Source: Clostridiaceae bacterium (GTDB lineage Bacteria; Bacillota; Clostridia; Saccharofermentanales; DTU023). From it: 64,000 bases of DNA. The stretch covers positions 1,593 to 65,592 of the forward strand of contig DUNL01000107.1 in assembly GCA_012839385.1 (NCBI GenBank), in the 5' to 3' direction. Below are positions 28,547-38,599 of the stretch, piece after piece; positions within the stretch are counted from its first letter, which is position 1, and every line of letters starts with the position of its first letter. The translations under genes and the position numbers were made by a program. The notes below the pieces were generated by a model, which worked only from the letters and a program-made list of their open reading frames with translations, was not told the origin of the DNA and did not search any database.

Positions 28547-29446
28547 ATGAATTACGCGGTTATCGATGTGGGTTCTAACTCCGTCCGCACCAGTGTATAT
28601 GATGTAAATGACAACGGTTTCAAGCCATTATTCAGCAAAAAAGTTCAGGTAGGCCTGACGGCCTATATCAAAAGCAGACAGTTGTCCCAGGAAGGGATTT
28701 CCCGTCTTTGCTCTACTTTGATCGGTTTCCAGACTCTTCTGGAACAAGTTGGAGTAATCGCAACCGGGGTCTTCGCGACAGCTCCTCTGCGCAATATTAA
28801 TAATTCCGAAACAGTCCTTGATCTGGTCAGGAGAAAAACCGGATATTCTATGGATGTATTAGATGGAGAAAGCGAGGCTATGCTGGACTACTGCGGTATT
28901 CTACACAATATGGATAGCCCCCATGGAACTTTATATGATATTGGTGGCGGTAGCACAGAGATTGTTGCCTTTAAGGAAAACAAACCTTATCTGATAAAAA
29001 GTATTCCCTTGGGTTCACTAAGCCTATATATTAAACATGTCTCAGATTTTCTACCCACAGAGAAAGAACAGCGTCATATCAACAAGAAGATAAAAAACGA
29101 ATTGAAGAGTGTACGCTTCAGTAGAATTCCAAATGCCGAAAATATTGTGGGAGTGGGTGGATCAGCTCGAGGAGTAGTAAAACTCATTAACGCTTTATAC
29201 AAGTTACCACCGGATAATATGCTAATTACTGAGGAGCAGCTAAACAGGTTATTTAGCATAGTTGCCAAAGGAGATCATTTTGCCAGGACACTGATTTTAC
29301 GTAACTGTCCCGATCGCATTCACACTATTGTGCCCGGATTAATGGTGATGTTGCAAATAATTGATAATCTGCGTGGCTCGGACATAATTATTAGTAAATA
29401 CGGTGTCAGGGAGGGATATCTATGCCAGAAAATGATCAATTGCTAA
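28547..29446 (+). CDS. ppx: Ppx/GppA-family phosphatase (exopolyphosphatase-like, short form)
   Basis: AVIDVGSNSVR and DIGGGSTE ASKHA-fold motifs. Overlaps ppk1 by 25 nt. Confidence 0.85.
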   Translation: MNYAVIDVGSNSVRTSVYDVNDNGFKPLFSKKVQVGLTAYIKSRQLSQEGISRLCSTLIGFQTLLEQVGVIATGVFATAPLRNINNSETVLDLVRRKTGYSMDVLDGESEAMLDYCGILHNMDSPHGTLYDIGGGSTEIVAFKENKPYLIKSIPLGSLSLYIKHVSDFLPTEKEQRHINKKIKNELKSVRFSRIPNAENIVGVGGSARGVVKLINALYKLPPDNMLITEEQLNRLFSIVAKGDHFARTLILRNCPDRIHTIVPGLMVMLQIIDNLRGSDIIISKYGVREGYLCQKMINC

Positions 29447-31596
29447 GTGATCAAGCATTGAAAACAAGAGATTTCAGCTACACGCAACATCGGGAGTTAA
29501 GCTGGCTTTGTTTCAATCAACGAGTCTTGGAAGAAGCTACCGATACCAGTGTGCCATTGTTGGAACGACTTAAATTCATTTCCATCTTTACCAGCAACCT
29601 TGATGAGTTCTTTATGGTGCGAGTAGGAAGCTTATTTGATCTTTCTGTCATGACACCGAACATCATCGATAACAAAACCGGCCTAACGCCATCTGAACAA
29701 CTTGATGTCGTCTTCGCCGCGGTATCGCCCTTGATTGAAATGCGGGATGAGGTATACAAAGACGTCAGCGCTCAGTTGAGGAAGGAAGGCATCTTCGATC
29801 TGCGCGTGGAGGAACTGACCCGCCAGGAGCTTAAGGATGTAGAAAAATATTATAAGAACTATATTCAACCGATATTATCGCCGCAAATCATAGACCCGCT
29901 CCATCCTTTCCCCCATCTGCCGAACAAGCTATTGCATATCGCGGCCATATTACACGACAAGCAGGGCAATACTTCTTTAGGATTGATCCCTGTACCCTCT
30001 TCCCTGCCTACACATATTCATCCTCTTGATAATCCGGAGAGATTTGTCCGCGTAGAAAATATTATCCTGTCACATGTCTCAGAGTTATTTGGAATTTACA
30101 CGCCGCAAAGTTGCAATATTGTCGCTGTGACTCGCAATGCCGATATCAGTTTTGATGGCGATAAATTTGATGATGAAGAAAATATTGACTATCGACATCA
30201 TATGTCTAAACTACTGAAAAAGCGCAGTCGTCTAGCGCCGGTTCGCTTGGAAATGCAAGGTAAAAATAAAAAGCTGGCCGCAATTTTATGTCAGAGGCTA
30301 AAACTTGATGACTATCAAGTCTACTACAGTGAATGTCCGCTGACCATGAAATATGTTTACTCTCTGTTCTCGGAAATTTCGCCCCATTTGTTGTGGAACT
30401 TGGTCTATCCGAGTTATAGCCCTCAATACCCGGCTTATCTGAACCGCTCACAGTCTATGACCAGCCAGATTATGCAAAGAGATATAATCCTCTCATATCC
30501 CTTTGATTCGATGGAACCCTTCTTGCAATTGCTGAGAGAATCAGTCGCCAACCCTGATGTTCTCTCAATAAAAATAACTATCTACCGCCTGGCTCCCAAT
30601 TCGATCGTCGCCCAGCAGCTTGTTATCGCGGCTGAAAATGGCAAGGACGTTACCGTGCTGATTGAACTGCGCGCGCGCTTCGATGAGGCTCATAACATCG
30701 CTTGGGCAGAACGCATGGAACAAGCCGGCTGCCGTGTCATCTACGGAATTGGCAACTATAAATGCCATTCAAAACTGTGTTTAATCACAAGAAAAGAAAA
30801 TGGGCAATTAAAGTATATTACTCAGATAGGTACCGGCAACTATAATGAAGATACCGCGGAATTGTACGCGGACTTTAGCTTAATGACCGCTGATGAAGCT
30901 ATTAGTCAGGACGCTATCTCTTTCTTTCAAAATATGCTAATCGGCAATCTGAATGGAAGTTACGAAAAGCTGTTAGTGGCTCCGGTCTCCATGAAATCGA
31001 CTATTACAAAGTATATGGACGATGAAATCAAAAAAGGGGCGGCGGGACGCATTATTATCAAAGCTAATTCGCTGACAGAAAGAGACATTATCGATAAGTT
31101 GGTTGAGGCCTCTCAGGCCGGCGTGAAGATTGAGCTCATATTACGCGGCATATGCTGTATCCGTCCCGGCATAGAGGGTAAAACTGACAATATTAATGTC
31201 ACCAGTATCGTGGGGCGTTATTTGGAGCATGCCAGAGTCTATTGCTTCGGCTCCGGAGAAGAAACGAAGTACTATATTTCTTCCGCCGATATGATGACAA
31301 GAAACATTGTCCGACGAGTCGAAGTCGCTTGCCCGATACAGGATCCGGCCATTAAAAAATATTTGCAAGACTTCCTGGATCTACAACTGCGCGATACTCT
31401 GAAAGCTAGACAGTTGCTGCCTAATGGAACTTATATCAAAAAAGAAGACCCGGCGTTACCGCCACTAGACAATCAACAATGGCAAATGGAAAATAGACCT
31501 GAATTTGAGCCTTCCCGTATAGATGAGAAACCATCCTTATCTTTGTGGCAACACATAAAGAGAATGTTCTCTCTAAAGGGCAAGAGTATCATATAA
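29422..31596 (+). CDS. ppk1: Polyphosphate kinase 1
   Basis: 724 aa. NRELSWLCFNQRVLEEA N-terminus and two PLD-like HxK-type C-terminal domains (CHSKLCLI ...). GGGAGGGA SD before the ATG. Confidence 0.95.
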   Translation: MPENDQLLSDQALKTRDFSYTQHRELSWLCFNQRVLEEATDTSVPLLERLKFISIFTSNLDEFFMVRVGSLFDLSVMTPNIIDNKTGLTPSEQLDVVFAAVSPLIEMRDEVYKDVSAQLRKEGIFDLRVEELTRQELKDVEKYYKNYIQPILSPQIIDPLHPFPHLPNKLLHIAAILHDKQGNTSLGLIPVPSSLPTHIHPLDNPERFVRVENIILSHVSELFGIYTPQSCNIVAVTRNADISFDGDKFDDEENIDYRHHMSKLLKKRSRLAPVRLEMQGKNKKLAAILCQRLKLDDYQVYYSECPLTMKYVYSLFSEISPHLLWNLVYPSYSPQYPAYLNRSQSMTSQIMQRDIILSYPFDSMEPFLQLLRESVANPDVLSIKITIYRLAPNSIVAQQLVIAAENGKDVTVLIELRARFDEAHNIAWAERMEQAGCRVIYGIGNYKCHSKLCLITRKENGQLKYITQIGTGNYNEDTAELYADFSLMTADEAISQDAISFFQNMLIGNLNGSYEKLLVAPVSMKSTITKYMDDEIKKGAAGRIIIKANSLTERDIIDKLVEASQAGVKIELILRGICCIRPGIEGKTDNINVTSIVGRYLEHARVYCFGSGEETKYYISSADMMTRNIVRRVEVACPIQDPAIKKYLQDFLDLQLRDTLKARQLLPNGTYIKKEDPALPPLDNQQWQMENRPEFEPSRIDEKPSLSLWQHIKRMFSLKGKSII

Positions 31597-31657
31597 AACT
31601 GCTTTGCTTTTAAGTACTCGCTTCAATGATAAATCGCAATATTAACAGAGGTATCGC

Positions 31658-32041
31658 ATGAGCAAAATAATAATAACTAATAACGCGCTAGTTTACGAAA
31701 AGTATCACAATAAGTATGAGGTCATTTTCTTGGAAAATGCCCAGCTCCTAGAGGTCCTCTATGAGGCGAGAGATAAAATCCATCAAGGTTTTGTTCTCCT
31801 AACTCATCCTATGTCAGGCAGCATAAAGCCTAATCAGACCCCCTTCAAGTCAATAATAATTACACCCGGCGAAGAAAGAACCGACTATGAGAGCTTAACT
31901 TTAATTGAAAATAGCATCGCGGTAACCCTAAAATTATTGAACTATAAAAAAACTCCTAACTGGAATGAGAAAGCGCTTGATGATTTCAGAACGATTGATC
32001 TTTCATTAATTGAAAATGTAATAGAAACATCTATGTTGTAG
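31658..32041 (+). CDS. GrdX-like small protein (function unknown)
   Basis: 127 aa. From memory, IIITNNALVYEKY...VLLTHPMSGSIKPNQTPFKS resembles the GrdX family usually found with glycine/betaine reductase operons. No grd genes are in this window. Confidence 0.5.
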   Translation: MSKIIITNNALVYEKYHNKYEVIFLENAQLLEVLYEARDKIHQGFVLLTHPMSGSIKPNQTPFKSIIITPGEERTDYESLTLIENSIAVTLKLLNYKKTPNWNEKALDDFRTIDLSLIENVIETSML

Positions 32042-32053
32042 GTTAGTATGAGG

Positions 32054-33064
32054 TCACTGCTTGTTAATTTTTATACGCGCGTAGTCTTTTGAGGCCAGAT
32101 TGCTTAAAAAGTATTTGGTCTGTAATTGTCTGTAAACCAGACTCCAGAGATAAGAAATAAGCGCTATTAGCGCTGCTCCTAGGGCAAACGAAAGGAAACC
32201 GTTTTTTGTAAGGACAATAAACCATTCAAAGAACAGTGTTCCGAACAGCATCTGAAAGCAATAAAGTTCTAGGGTTATTTTACCCAAAAAAGCAAAAATT
32301 CTGGCTTCGCCCACAGAGAAAACAATATCCGCAAGTAATACAACACCTAGTACATAGGGAATCGTAAGGATATAAAATATATCGCTGATAAGAAAATCTG
32401 TCTTGCCCGGATAGCTAAACTGCCAGGCTAGTAAAACACCAGAACACAACAACAAGATGCCCACGATCACCTGATATCCTTTTTGCCATTTCCCCTCATA
32501 TTTAGCTAAAGCAATTCCAAGCATGATAATAGGAACTCTACACATAAAGATATTAATGCTATGGTTACTCACAGTTTTTTCTAAAAGTAATATGAGCATT
32601 AACCAAGCCAAAAATGCAAACAATAAAACCGGGAAGCTACCAAATTTCTTTTGAAGTTTCTTATACAAGGGAACAGTAAGATAAAAGATCATAATAGCAG
32701 GTAAAAACCACAAAAAGGATCCGCCACCTCTACTGAACAACTCGATCCCCAATAATGTCAACAAGGCTTTGGGGAGGGAGATTTTACCCATGAAGACAAA
32801 GATAGCGCAGGAGATGATAAAAAGAGGGTAAATCCTTATTAGCTTTTTCCTAATATATATTGTATTGTCGTCCAAAGCAGAGAAAAAGGACATATATCCG
32901 GCCAGGAAAAAGAATAGATCTACACCTATATATGATGTTGTAATAACATATCTAAGAAAAACTGACAAAATAGAGTCATTACGAGGGATAGGGTACAGGT
33001 GGTAAAACAAAATTAACAGTGCTGCCAGACCCATAATGGGCTGTTTTGTTTCCTTTAGTCTCAA
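32054..33064 (-). CDS. Acyltransferase-3 family integral membrane O-acyltransferase
   Basis: 336 aa, about 10 TM, with an N-terminal LILFYHL histidine motif. The gene is A+T-rich. Confidence 0.7.
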   Translation of the reverse strand: MRLKETKQPIMGLAALLILFYHLYPIPRNDSILSVFLRYVITTSYIGVDLFFFLAGYMSFFSALDDNTIYIRKKLIRIYPLFIISCAIFVFMGKISLPKALLTLLGIELFSRGGGSFLWFLPAIMIFYLTVPLYKKLQKKFGSFPVLLFAFLAWLMLILLLEKTVSNHSINIFMCRVPIIMLGIALAKYEGKWQKGYQVIVGILLLCSGVLLAWQFSYPGKTDFLISDIFYILTIPYVLGVVLLADIVFSVGEARIFAFLGKITLELYCFQMLFGTLFFEWFIVLTKNGFLSFALGAALIALISYLWSLVYRQLQTKYFLSNLASKDYARIKINKQ

Positions 33065-33089
33065 ATTAGAATCCTTTCAGCCAAGCCGG

Positions 33090-33620
33090 TTAATGATTGA
33101 TATCAAGAAATTTAACAGGATCTGAGCCCACAAACTCCAGAAAGTTGTTCTGAAGATCATCTAAGACGTCATTATATGTCATAATCATTAATACATACGC
33201 TTTCGCATAAAAAACTTTACCCACCTCAGCCTCAACACAAACCCATTTACGCGTGTCAGCTTTCTCTGCTATGTTTTTTGCCAACAATTCGGCGTTTTCC
33301 GTTTGAGTTCTTATAAGAACAAGAGAATGAGCGGAAGTGGTTATTTTGCCTTCGGAACAGACAGCCTCTATACTCTTGTCCCAAGGGACAAAACTATAAT
33401 CTTCAAAATTTGACTGATCCAAAGTAAAAACATCATTCGCGGGAAGATCTACGCCCTCGCAGATCTCGTTCATAATATCTGTTAGACTTACAGAAGCATT
33501 CTCAGTGTTACTAGCATTTATATCGCTAACAGAGATGTTCTCACTTGAACAGGAGATAAGTGTGAAAAGAGTTATCGCGCACAGAATAATGACAATAGTT
33601 TTTTCATTCTTCAACCTCAT
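33090..33620 (-). CDS. Lipoprotein (DUF4358-like)
   Basis: Signal peptide plus lipobox LISC (MRLKNEKTIVIILCAITLFTLISCSS). 176 aa. The family call is from memory only. Confidence 0.55.
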   Translation of the reverse strand: MRLKNEKTIVIILCAITLFTLISCSSENISVSDINASNTENASVSLTDIMNEICEGVDLPANDVFTLDQSNFEDYSFVPWDKSIEAVCSEGKITTSAHSLVLIRTQTENAELLAKNIAEKADTRKWVCVEAEVGKVFYAKAYVLMIMTYNDVLDDLQNNFLEFVGSDPVKFLDINH

Positions 33621-33853
33621 AATTCTTATATATTAGTCGAACTGATTCAATACATATTGTTTTAGAAAACTTTCATCTTATTCTTTTTTCAGGGTGTACT
33701 CTTTATGAAGCCTAATAAGTCTCAATTAACATGACTACATTTATATCATCAACATTAGATCATTGCAACGATAATTTATAAACAACGGGATGCGTTCTGT
33801 TTACAATTTTTCTTAACTATTAGCCTATATCGCCAAAACGGAGTCTTGAGATA

Positions 33854-34591
33854 TTAACTAGCCTGGAAAAGGTCGGATACGACGGAGATAAGAACGGCAA
33901 CCGGTAGAGCCGGTAGAAAATTCGCTACTCTAATTTTAGTCTTCCACAGCATATTTATGCCGATACAGCAAATCATTAATGAACCAACAAAAGATAAGTT
34001 AAAGATTATGATATCGCTCAAATACGGTTCTATCATACCCGCCAGAAGCGTAATTGTTCCTTGGTACAGAGCCATGGGCAAAGCCGCGAACAGCACTCCG
34101 GCTCCATGGCCGGAGGCTAAGATCATGCAGATAATACCATCAAGGGCTGATTTGGCATAGAGCATGGAAGGGTCACGCGCGAGCGCGTCTTGAATCGGCC
34201 CCACTATAGCCATTGCCCCGACACAGATTATTACTGTTGTAGTCACAAAACCCTCAACAAACCTGCTATCTTCATCTCGGGCTTTTGCTAGAGATTTTAG
34301 GCGCTCTCCGACAGAGTTCAAACGAGCTTCCAGTCGCCACCATTCGCCCAAAAGAGCGCCTAAAACCAAACTAGCGATCATCAAGAGAGTATTGTCAGTC
34401 TCGAGTATATTGGCATTTACTTTAAGCAGACCTCGTAAGCCGCCGGCTATTCCTACAAAAAGTACTGATAGACCTAATGCTTGTAGGAGAATTTCTTGAA
34501 AACGAGCCTTCAGACCATGTTTAATTAAGAGGCCTGCTCCGCCACCAATTATTACGGCTATAGTATTAACAATAGTACCTAAACCTACCAA
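33854..34591 (-). CDS. DUF554-family membrane protein
   Basis: 245 aa. The GLGTIVNTIAVIIGGGAGLL start and multi-TM layout are typical of DUF554. It begins 17 nt downstream of hyuB. Confidence 0.7.
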   Translation of the reverse strand: MVGLGTIVNTIAVIIGGGAGLLIKHGLKARFQEILLQALGLSVLFVGIAGGLRGLLKVNANILETDNTLLMIASLVLGALLGEWWRLEARLNSVGERLKSLAKARDEDSRFVEGFVTTTVIICVGAMAIVGPIQDALARDPSMLYAKSALDGIICMILASGHGAGVLFAALPMALYQGTITLLAGMIEPYLSDIIIFNLSFVGSLMICCIGINMLWKTKIRVANFLPALPVAVLISVVSDLFQAS

Positions 34592-34608
34592 GTCTTCTAC
34601 ATGCCTAT

Positions 34609-36384
34609 CTACTCAGACTTTATACTAATACGATCCGCGCTTTCACTGATGAGATTTAATTCCTCATCAAGATTGACCCCGTAATCATCTGCTGCTTGTT
34701 GCCTGCTAATATAGCCGTTTTTAACATCAGAAATTACAGATTCCACCGGTCGAAGCAAAGGATTTCCGTAACCACCGCCCGTACTGGTAACCATGCGAAC
34801 ATAATCACCCTTGTTCAAAACTTTACGGGCAACTATACCGAATGGACCTTCTTTAGTACCGTCAGCTCTAAAAATCTCAAAATAATTGTTTGATCCCGCG
34901 GCGCCCTCGTTCATCCCCCAAACCGGGAACTTGTTGCGTCCAAATGAGGCTGTAAACAGTTGACCGTCAGTCATAGCTCTATAAATTCTAACCGCGCCGC
35001 TACCACCTCGGAATTCACCACTGCCGGCACCATCCGTATTGAGACTATATTCATCAATCATAATTCCGTAACGTCTCTCGGCCATCTCGACAGGGACATT
35101 ATAGGTCTCCCCGTCACCAACACAGAATTGACCTACTTCTCCATCCTTACCGAGACTTGCGCCCCAACCACCCCCAGTAGGTTCGACTATTAGGAACTGC
35201 TGATCATTAAGATGATGCTGTCCCGACATGACGACAGAACATACGGACAACATATGTCCTGCCCCGAGGGCCTCGGGGAACACCGGCGCCAGCGCGTGCC
35301 AAACCGTATCGATAGCATAGATCATGCTCTCAAAATAGCAAGAAGTGGGGGCAGGTCTGGTGCATTGTAAGACTGAGCCCGGTTCAGAGATGATCTTCAT
35401 CGGTTTAAACACGCCATCGTTAACGTCCAATTCCGGATTAAGGATTGCCATATAAACTACTTTAACAGCCGCTTCTAAAGAACTGGTACCTGTATTGATA
35501 GGACTTTTTACCTGGGGACTGCTACCGGTAAAATCAGCGATAAATTCATCTTCAGTGATTGTTACCTTGACCTTGATCTTGACCGGATTGCCGTGTCCAT
35601 CATCGTCCATAAAATCTTCCGCTTCCCAACTGCCCTTCGGAAATTCCTTAATTCTCTGGCGCGCGAGTTGCTCGCCTTGCTCAAGCAGTCTGCGCATTGA
35701 TAGCAACAGTGTTTCGACCCCATATTTGTCAGCCAGGTCAATCAGTCTGCGCTCACCCGTACGGAGGGAAGCAATTTGTCCCCACATATCCCCGTTAGCC
35801 GCTTCCGGGAATCTGACATTGGATTGAATTATGCCTTGCAATTGAGGATTAAGCTTTCCTTTTTCAACCAATTTGAGACCGGAAAAGCATATGCCTTCTT
35901 GGAAAACCTCGGTGCTATCGGTCGTAAACGAGCCGGCCGCCATACCGCCGACATCTCCCCAGTGCGCTTTATTGCCGACAAAGGCAATCAGGCGTTCGCC
36001 ATAAAAAACAGGCATGGCCATACCTATATCAGATAAATGAGAGCCACCTCCCATATAGGGGTCATTGATGATGAACACATCACCGGGATACATATTCTCT
36101 TTGCCATATTTAGCGATCAGTTCTTTAATCAATGGCGAGATCAGACCAATAAAGCCGCAAGCTCCGTTACCTTGGGTTAGGAGATTGCCGTCGGCATCCG
36201 CGATGCCGCTGGCGTAGTCAAGTGTTTCATATATAATCGGACTCATGGATGTACGCGCGAAAGCGTGAAAAACTTCATTACCGACCGCTATTAAAGCGTC
36301 TTTGGCAATATCCAAAGTTACTTTATCAATTTCAGGCGTGACTTCTTTATCAATTGTATTAACTTCATTGTTTTGGGTGGCCAT
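34609..36384 (-). CDS. hyuB: Hydantoinase B / oxoprolinase family subunit
   Basis: 591 aa with HyuB-like sequence throughout (DPYMGGSHLSDI, GGGWGA). The start lies 1 nt after the hyuA stop. Confidence 0.9.
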   Translation of the reverse strand: MATQNNEVNTIDKEVTPEIDKVTLDIAKDALIAVGNEVFHAFARTSMSPIIYETLDYASGIADADGNLLTQGNGACGFIGLISPLIKELIAKYGKENMYPGDVFIINDPYMGGGSHLSDIGMAMPVFYGERLIAFVGNKAHWGDVGGMAAGSFTTDSTEVFQEGICFSGLKLVEKGKLNPQLQGIIQSNVRFPEAANGDMWGQIASLRTGERRLIDLADKYGVETLLLSMRRLLEQGEQLARQRIKEFPKGSWEAEDFMDDDGHGNPVKIKVKVTITEDEFIADFTGSSPQVKSPINTGTSSLEAAVKVVYMAILNPELDVNDGVFKPMKIISEPGSVLQCTRPAPTSCYFESMIYAIDTVWHALAPVFPEALGAGHMLSVCSVVMSGQHHLNDQQFLIVEPTGGGWGASLGKDGEVGQFCVGDGETYNVPVEMAERRYGIMIDEYSLNTDGAGSGEFRGGSGAVRIYRAMTDGQLFTASFGRNKFPVWGMNEGAAGSNNYFEIFRADGTKEGPFGIVARKVLNKGDYVRMVTSTGGGYGNPLLRPVESVISDVKNGYISRQQAADDYGVNLDEELNLISESADRISIKSE

Positions 36385-36385
36385 A

Positions 36386-38431
36386 TTATTTTACCCCCGT
36401 TTCTATAATCAAATGACCATATTCATCAACGGTCAGCTCTTGTTCGGGCAACACCACTGTTGTAGCTGTTTTTTCATCAATAAGCAAAGGACCGGTTCCT
36501 GTGAAACCTGCTTTTAAATCCGAACGCTCATAAACCGGAGTTGTTCTCCACTTGCCATCATCGTATAGTACATCGCGCTCGCCTACAGGTTCTATTATTT
36601 CATGGCCCAACACAGGTATTTTAGATAGTTCAGGTTTAGTCAGAACGCCTAACGCTATAAGATGGAAGTTTACAATCTCTACGGGCGTTCCGTCTAGTCT
36701 ATAGGTATAGAAATGCTCGTGATTGCGGTGGAAAGATTCAATCAGTCCGTCACCTGTATTATCGTCCCAGTTGCCCGCGGTTGTGTTGACAGGAACTGTA
36801 TGTTCTTGTCCCTGATAGCGCATATCCAGCATAGCTTGATAGATGATCTCTTTATCACTCAAACCCTCTTCATGCATACGCTCATATGCTTTTTCTTTCA
36901 GCTCGTCCCAAATAGCGTTGATATCCGTAGCCGCGGTTGTCTCCAAAGGACAGATATGGGTTCTGATCCAATCATGCCTGATGTCTGTCATCAACATGCC
37001 CCAGGCGGAAAAAACTGCCGCGGAGTTGGGAACAATAACACGATGAGCCATCAGATCACGCGCCAGAGCGGCGCTATGCATAGGTCCACCCCCACCATGA
37101 GCTACCATTACGAACTCTCTGGGGTCATAACCTCGCCGTACCGAAATTAGTTTCAGCGCGTTGACCATATTGGCCTCCGCGACTCTGATTATATCCAAAG
37201 CGGCCTGATCAACACTGATGCCCAAAGGCTTAGCGACCTTCTCTTCAATAGCGGCCCTGACTTTATCAAGATCTACTTCAGCTTCGAAATTGTCCGCGGA
37301 CAAGCGACCGGTAACCAGACAAGCGTCTGTAGTAGTGGGTTCAGTGCCACCAAGTCCATAAGCGACAGGGCCGGGCATAGCGCCAGCTGACTCGGGTCCT
37401 ACACGAAGTGATCCGGCAGCGTCTACATGCGCGATTGAGCCACCGCCATTACCTATTTCGACTATATCAATAACAGGTATCATCACAGGATAACCGGCAT
37501 AGCGTTCAGTACGCTCAATTCTGTACTCAGTCGTTACTCGAGCCTGACCGCGGTCAATGAGAGAGCATTTGGCAGTAGTTCCACCTATATCCATGGAAAT
37601 GATATTTTCTTCATTTACCATCTTCCCTAAAATAGCTGAGCCTAAAACCCCCGCCACCGGACCTGATTCTAAAAGATTTATCGGCGTCTGGCGCGCTTGC
37701 TCAAAGGTAGTGCTACCGCCATTTGATTGCATAACGTATTTTTTGCCGACAAAACCTTCCTTCTCCAATTTTGTCTCCAGGCGGTCAAGATATAAAGAAG
37801 CAATGGGCAGTACATAGGAATTCAGGACAACTGTAGAGGTTCTCTCGTATTCACGCCATTCTCTGGTCACTTCCGCCGACGCCGTCACGAAGATCTCAGG
37901 CCAGGCGCGCCGAACTATCTCCAACGCCTTCATCTCATGCTCGTCATTGATATAAGAATTCAGGAAACAGATGGCGATACTCTCTACTCCTTCCTGCTTA
38001 AACTTCTCTACGCAATCTAATACATCTTCTTCTACTAAAGGTTCTAACACGGAACCGTCAGTAGCTACTCTTTCTGTAACCTCTAGTCGCAAATATCGGG
38101 GAACAAAGGGACGTGGTTTCGCGAAAACCAGATTAAACAAATCCGGTCTGTTGCAACGAGCGATTTCCAGAATATCTCTAAACCCGCGGGTCGTAATCAG
38201 CGCGGTTTTAGCGCCCTTGCGCTCAGTAAGAGCATTGATTATTGTTGTTGTGCCGTGGAGGAACATCTCAATTTCATCAGCAGCCAGTCCACTTTCTTTA
38301 ATGACATTGAGCACACCGTCCTCAAAATTTGGAGGTGTCGTGTGACTCTTAAGAGTTACTACCTTACCGTCATTATCAAGTGCTACTAAATCAGTGAAAG
38401 TTCCGCCAATATCTGTTGCTACTCTTGTCAT
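36386..38431 (-). CDS. hyuA: Hydantoinase A / oxoprolinase family subunit (ATP-binding)
   Basis: 681 aa. VATDIGGTFTDLV N-terminus and DIGGTTAK ASKHA motifs. Confidence 0.9.
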   Translation of the reverse strand: MTRVATDIGGTFTDLVALDNDGKVVTLKSHTTPPNFEDGVLNVIKESGLAADEIEMFLHGTTTIINALTERKGAKTALITTRGFRDILEIARCNRPDLFNLVFAKPRPFVPRYLRLEVTERVATDGSVLEPLVEEDVLDCVEKFKQEGVESIAICFLNSYINDEHEMKALEIVRRAWPEIFVTASAEVTREWREYERTSTVVLNSYVLPIASLYLDRLETKLEKEGFVGKKYVMQSNGGSTTFEQARQTPINLLESGPVAGVLGSAILGKMVNEENIISMDIGGTTAKCSLIDRGQARVTTEYRIERTERYAGYPVMIPVIDIVEIGNGGGSIAHVDAAGSLRVGPESAGAMPGPVAYGLGGTEPTTTDACLVTGRLSADNFEAEVDLDKVRAAIEEKVAKPLGISVDQAALDIIRVAEANMVNALKLISVRRGYDPREFVMVAHGGGGPMHSAALARDLMAHRVIVPNSAAVFSAWGMLMTDIRHDWIRTHICPLETTAATDINAIWDELKEKAYERMHEEGLSDKEIIYQAMLDMRYQGQEHTVPVNTTAGNWDDNTGDGLIESFHRNHEHFYTYRLDGTPVEIVNFHLIALGVLTKPELSKIPVLGHEIIEPVGERDVLYDDGKWRTTPVYERSDLKAGFTGTGPLLIDEKTATTVVLPEQELTVDEYGHLIIETGVK

Positions 38432-38599
38432 ATTGGCCTCATTTCATTAAAAAATAATGTACGCTTAACAGTTCAGTTTGCGCATATATATAAAATATGT
38501 TAAATCAATATACTTTTCAAGTAAGAATAGTAAAATAAGACCCGCGTAAGTCCTCAGGCCGGAAGATTTACTTGTACCTTAACGAAGTCGCTAAATAAA

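Noticed and set aside
36713-37150. 145-aa plus-strand ORF, together with several 60-125-aa ORFs across 34.7-38.4 kb
   Set aside because: All are antisense to hyuA/hyuB, which are continuous, motif-bearing ORFs.
34609-38431. Acetone or acetophenone carboxylase assignment for hyuAB
   Set aside because: Those enzymes need an additional small gamma subunit gene, which is not present next to the pair. Kept as generic hydantoinase/oxoprolinase family.
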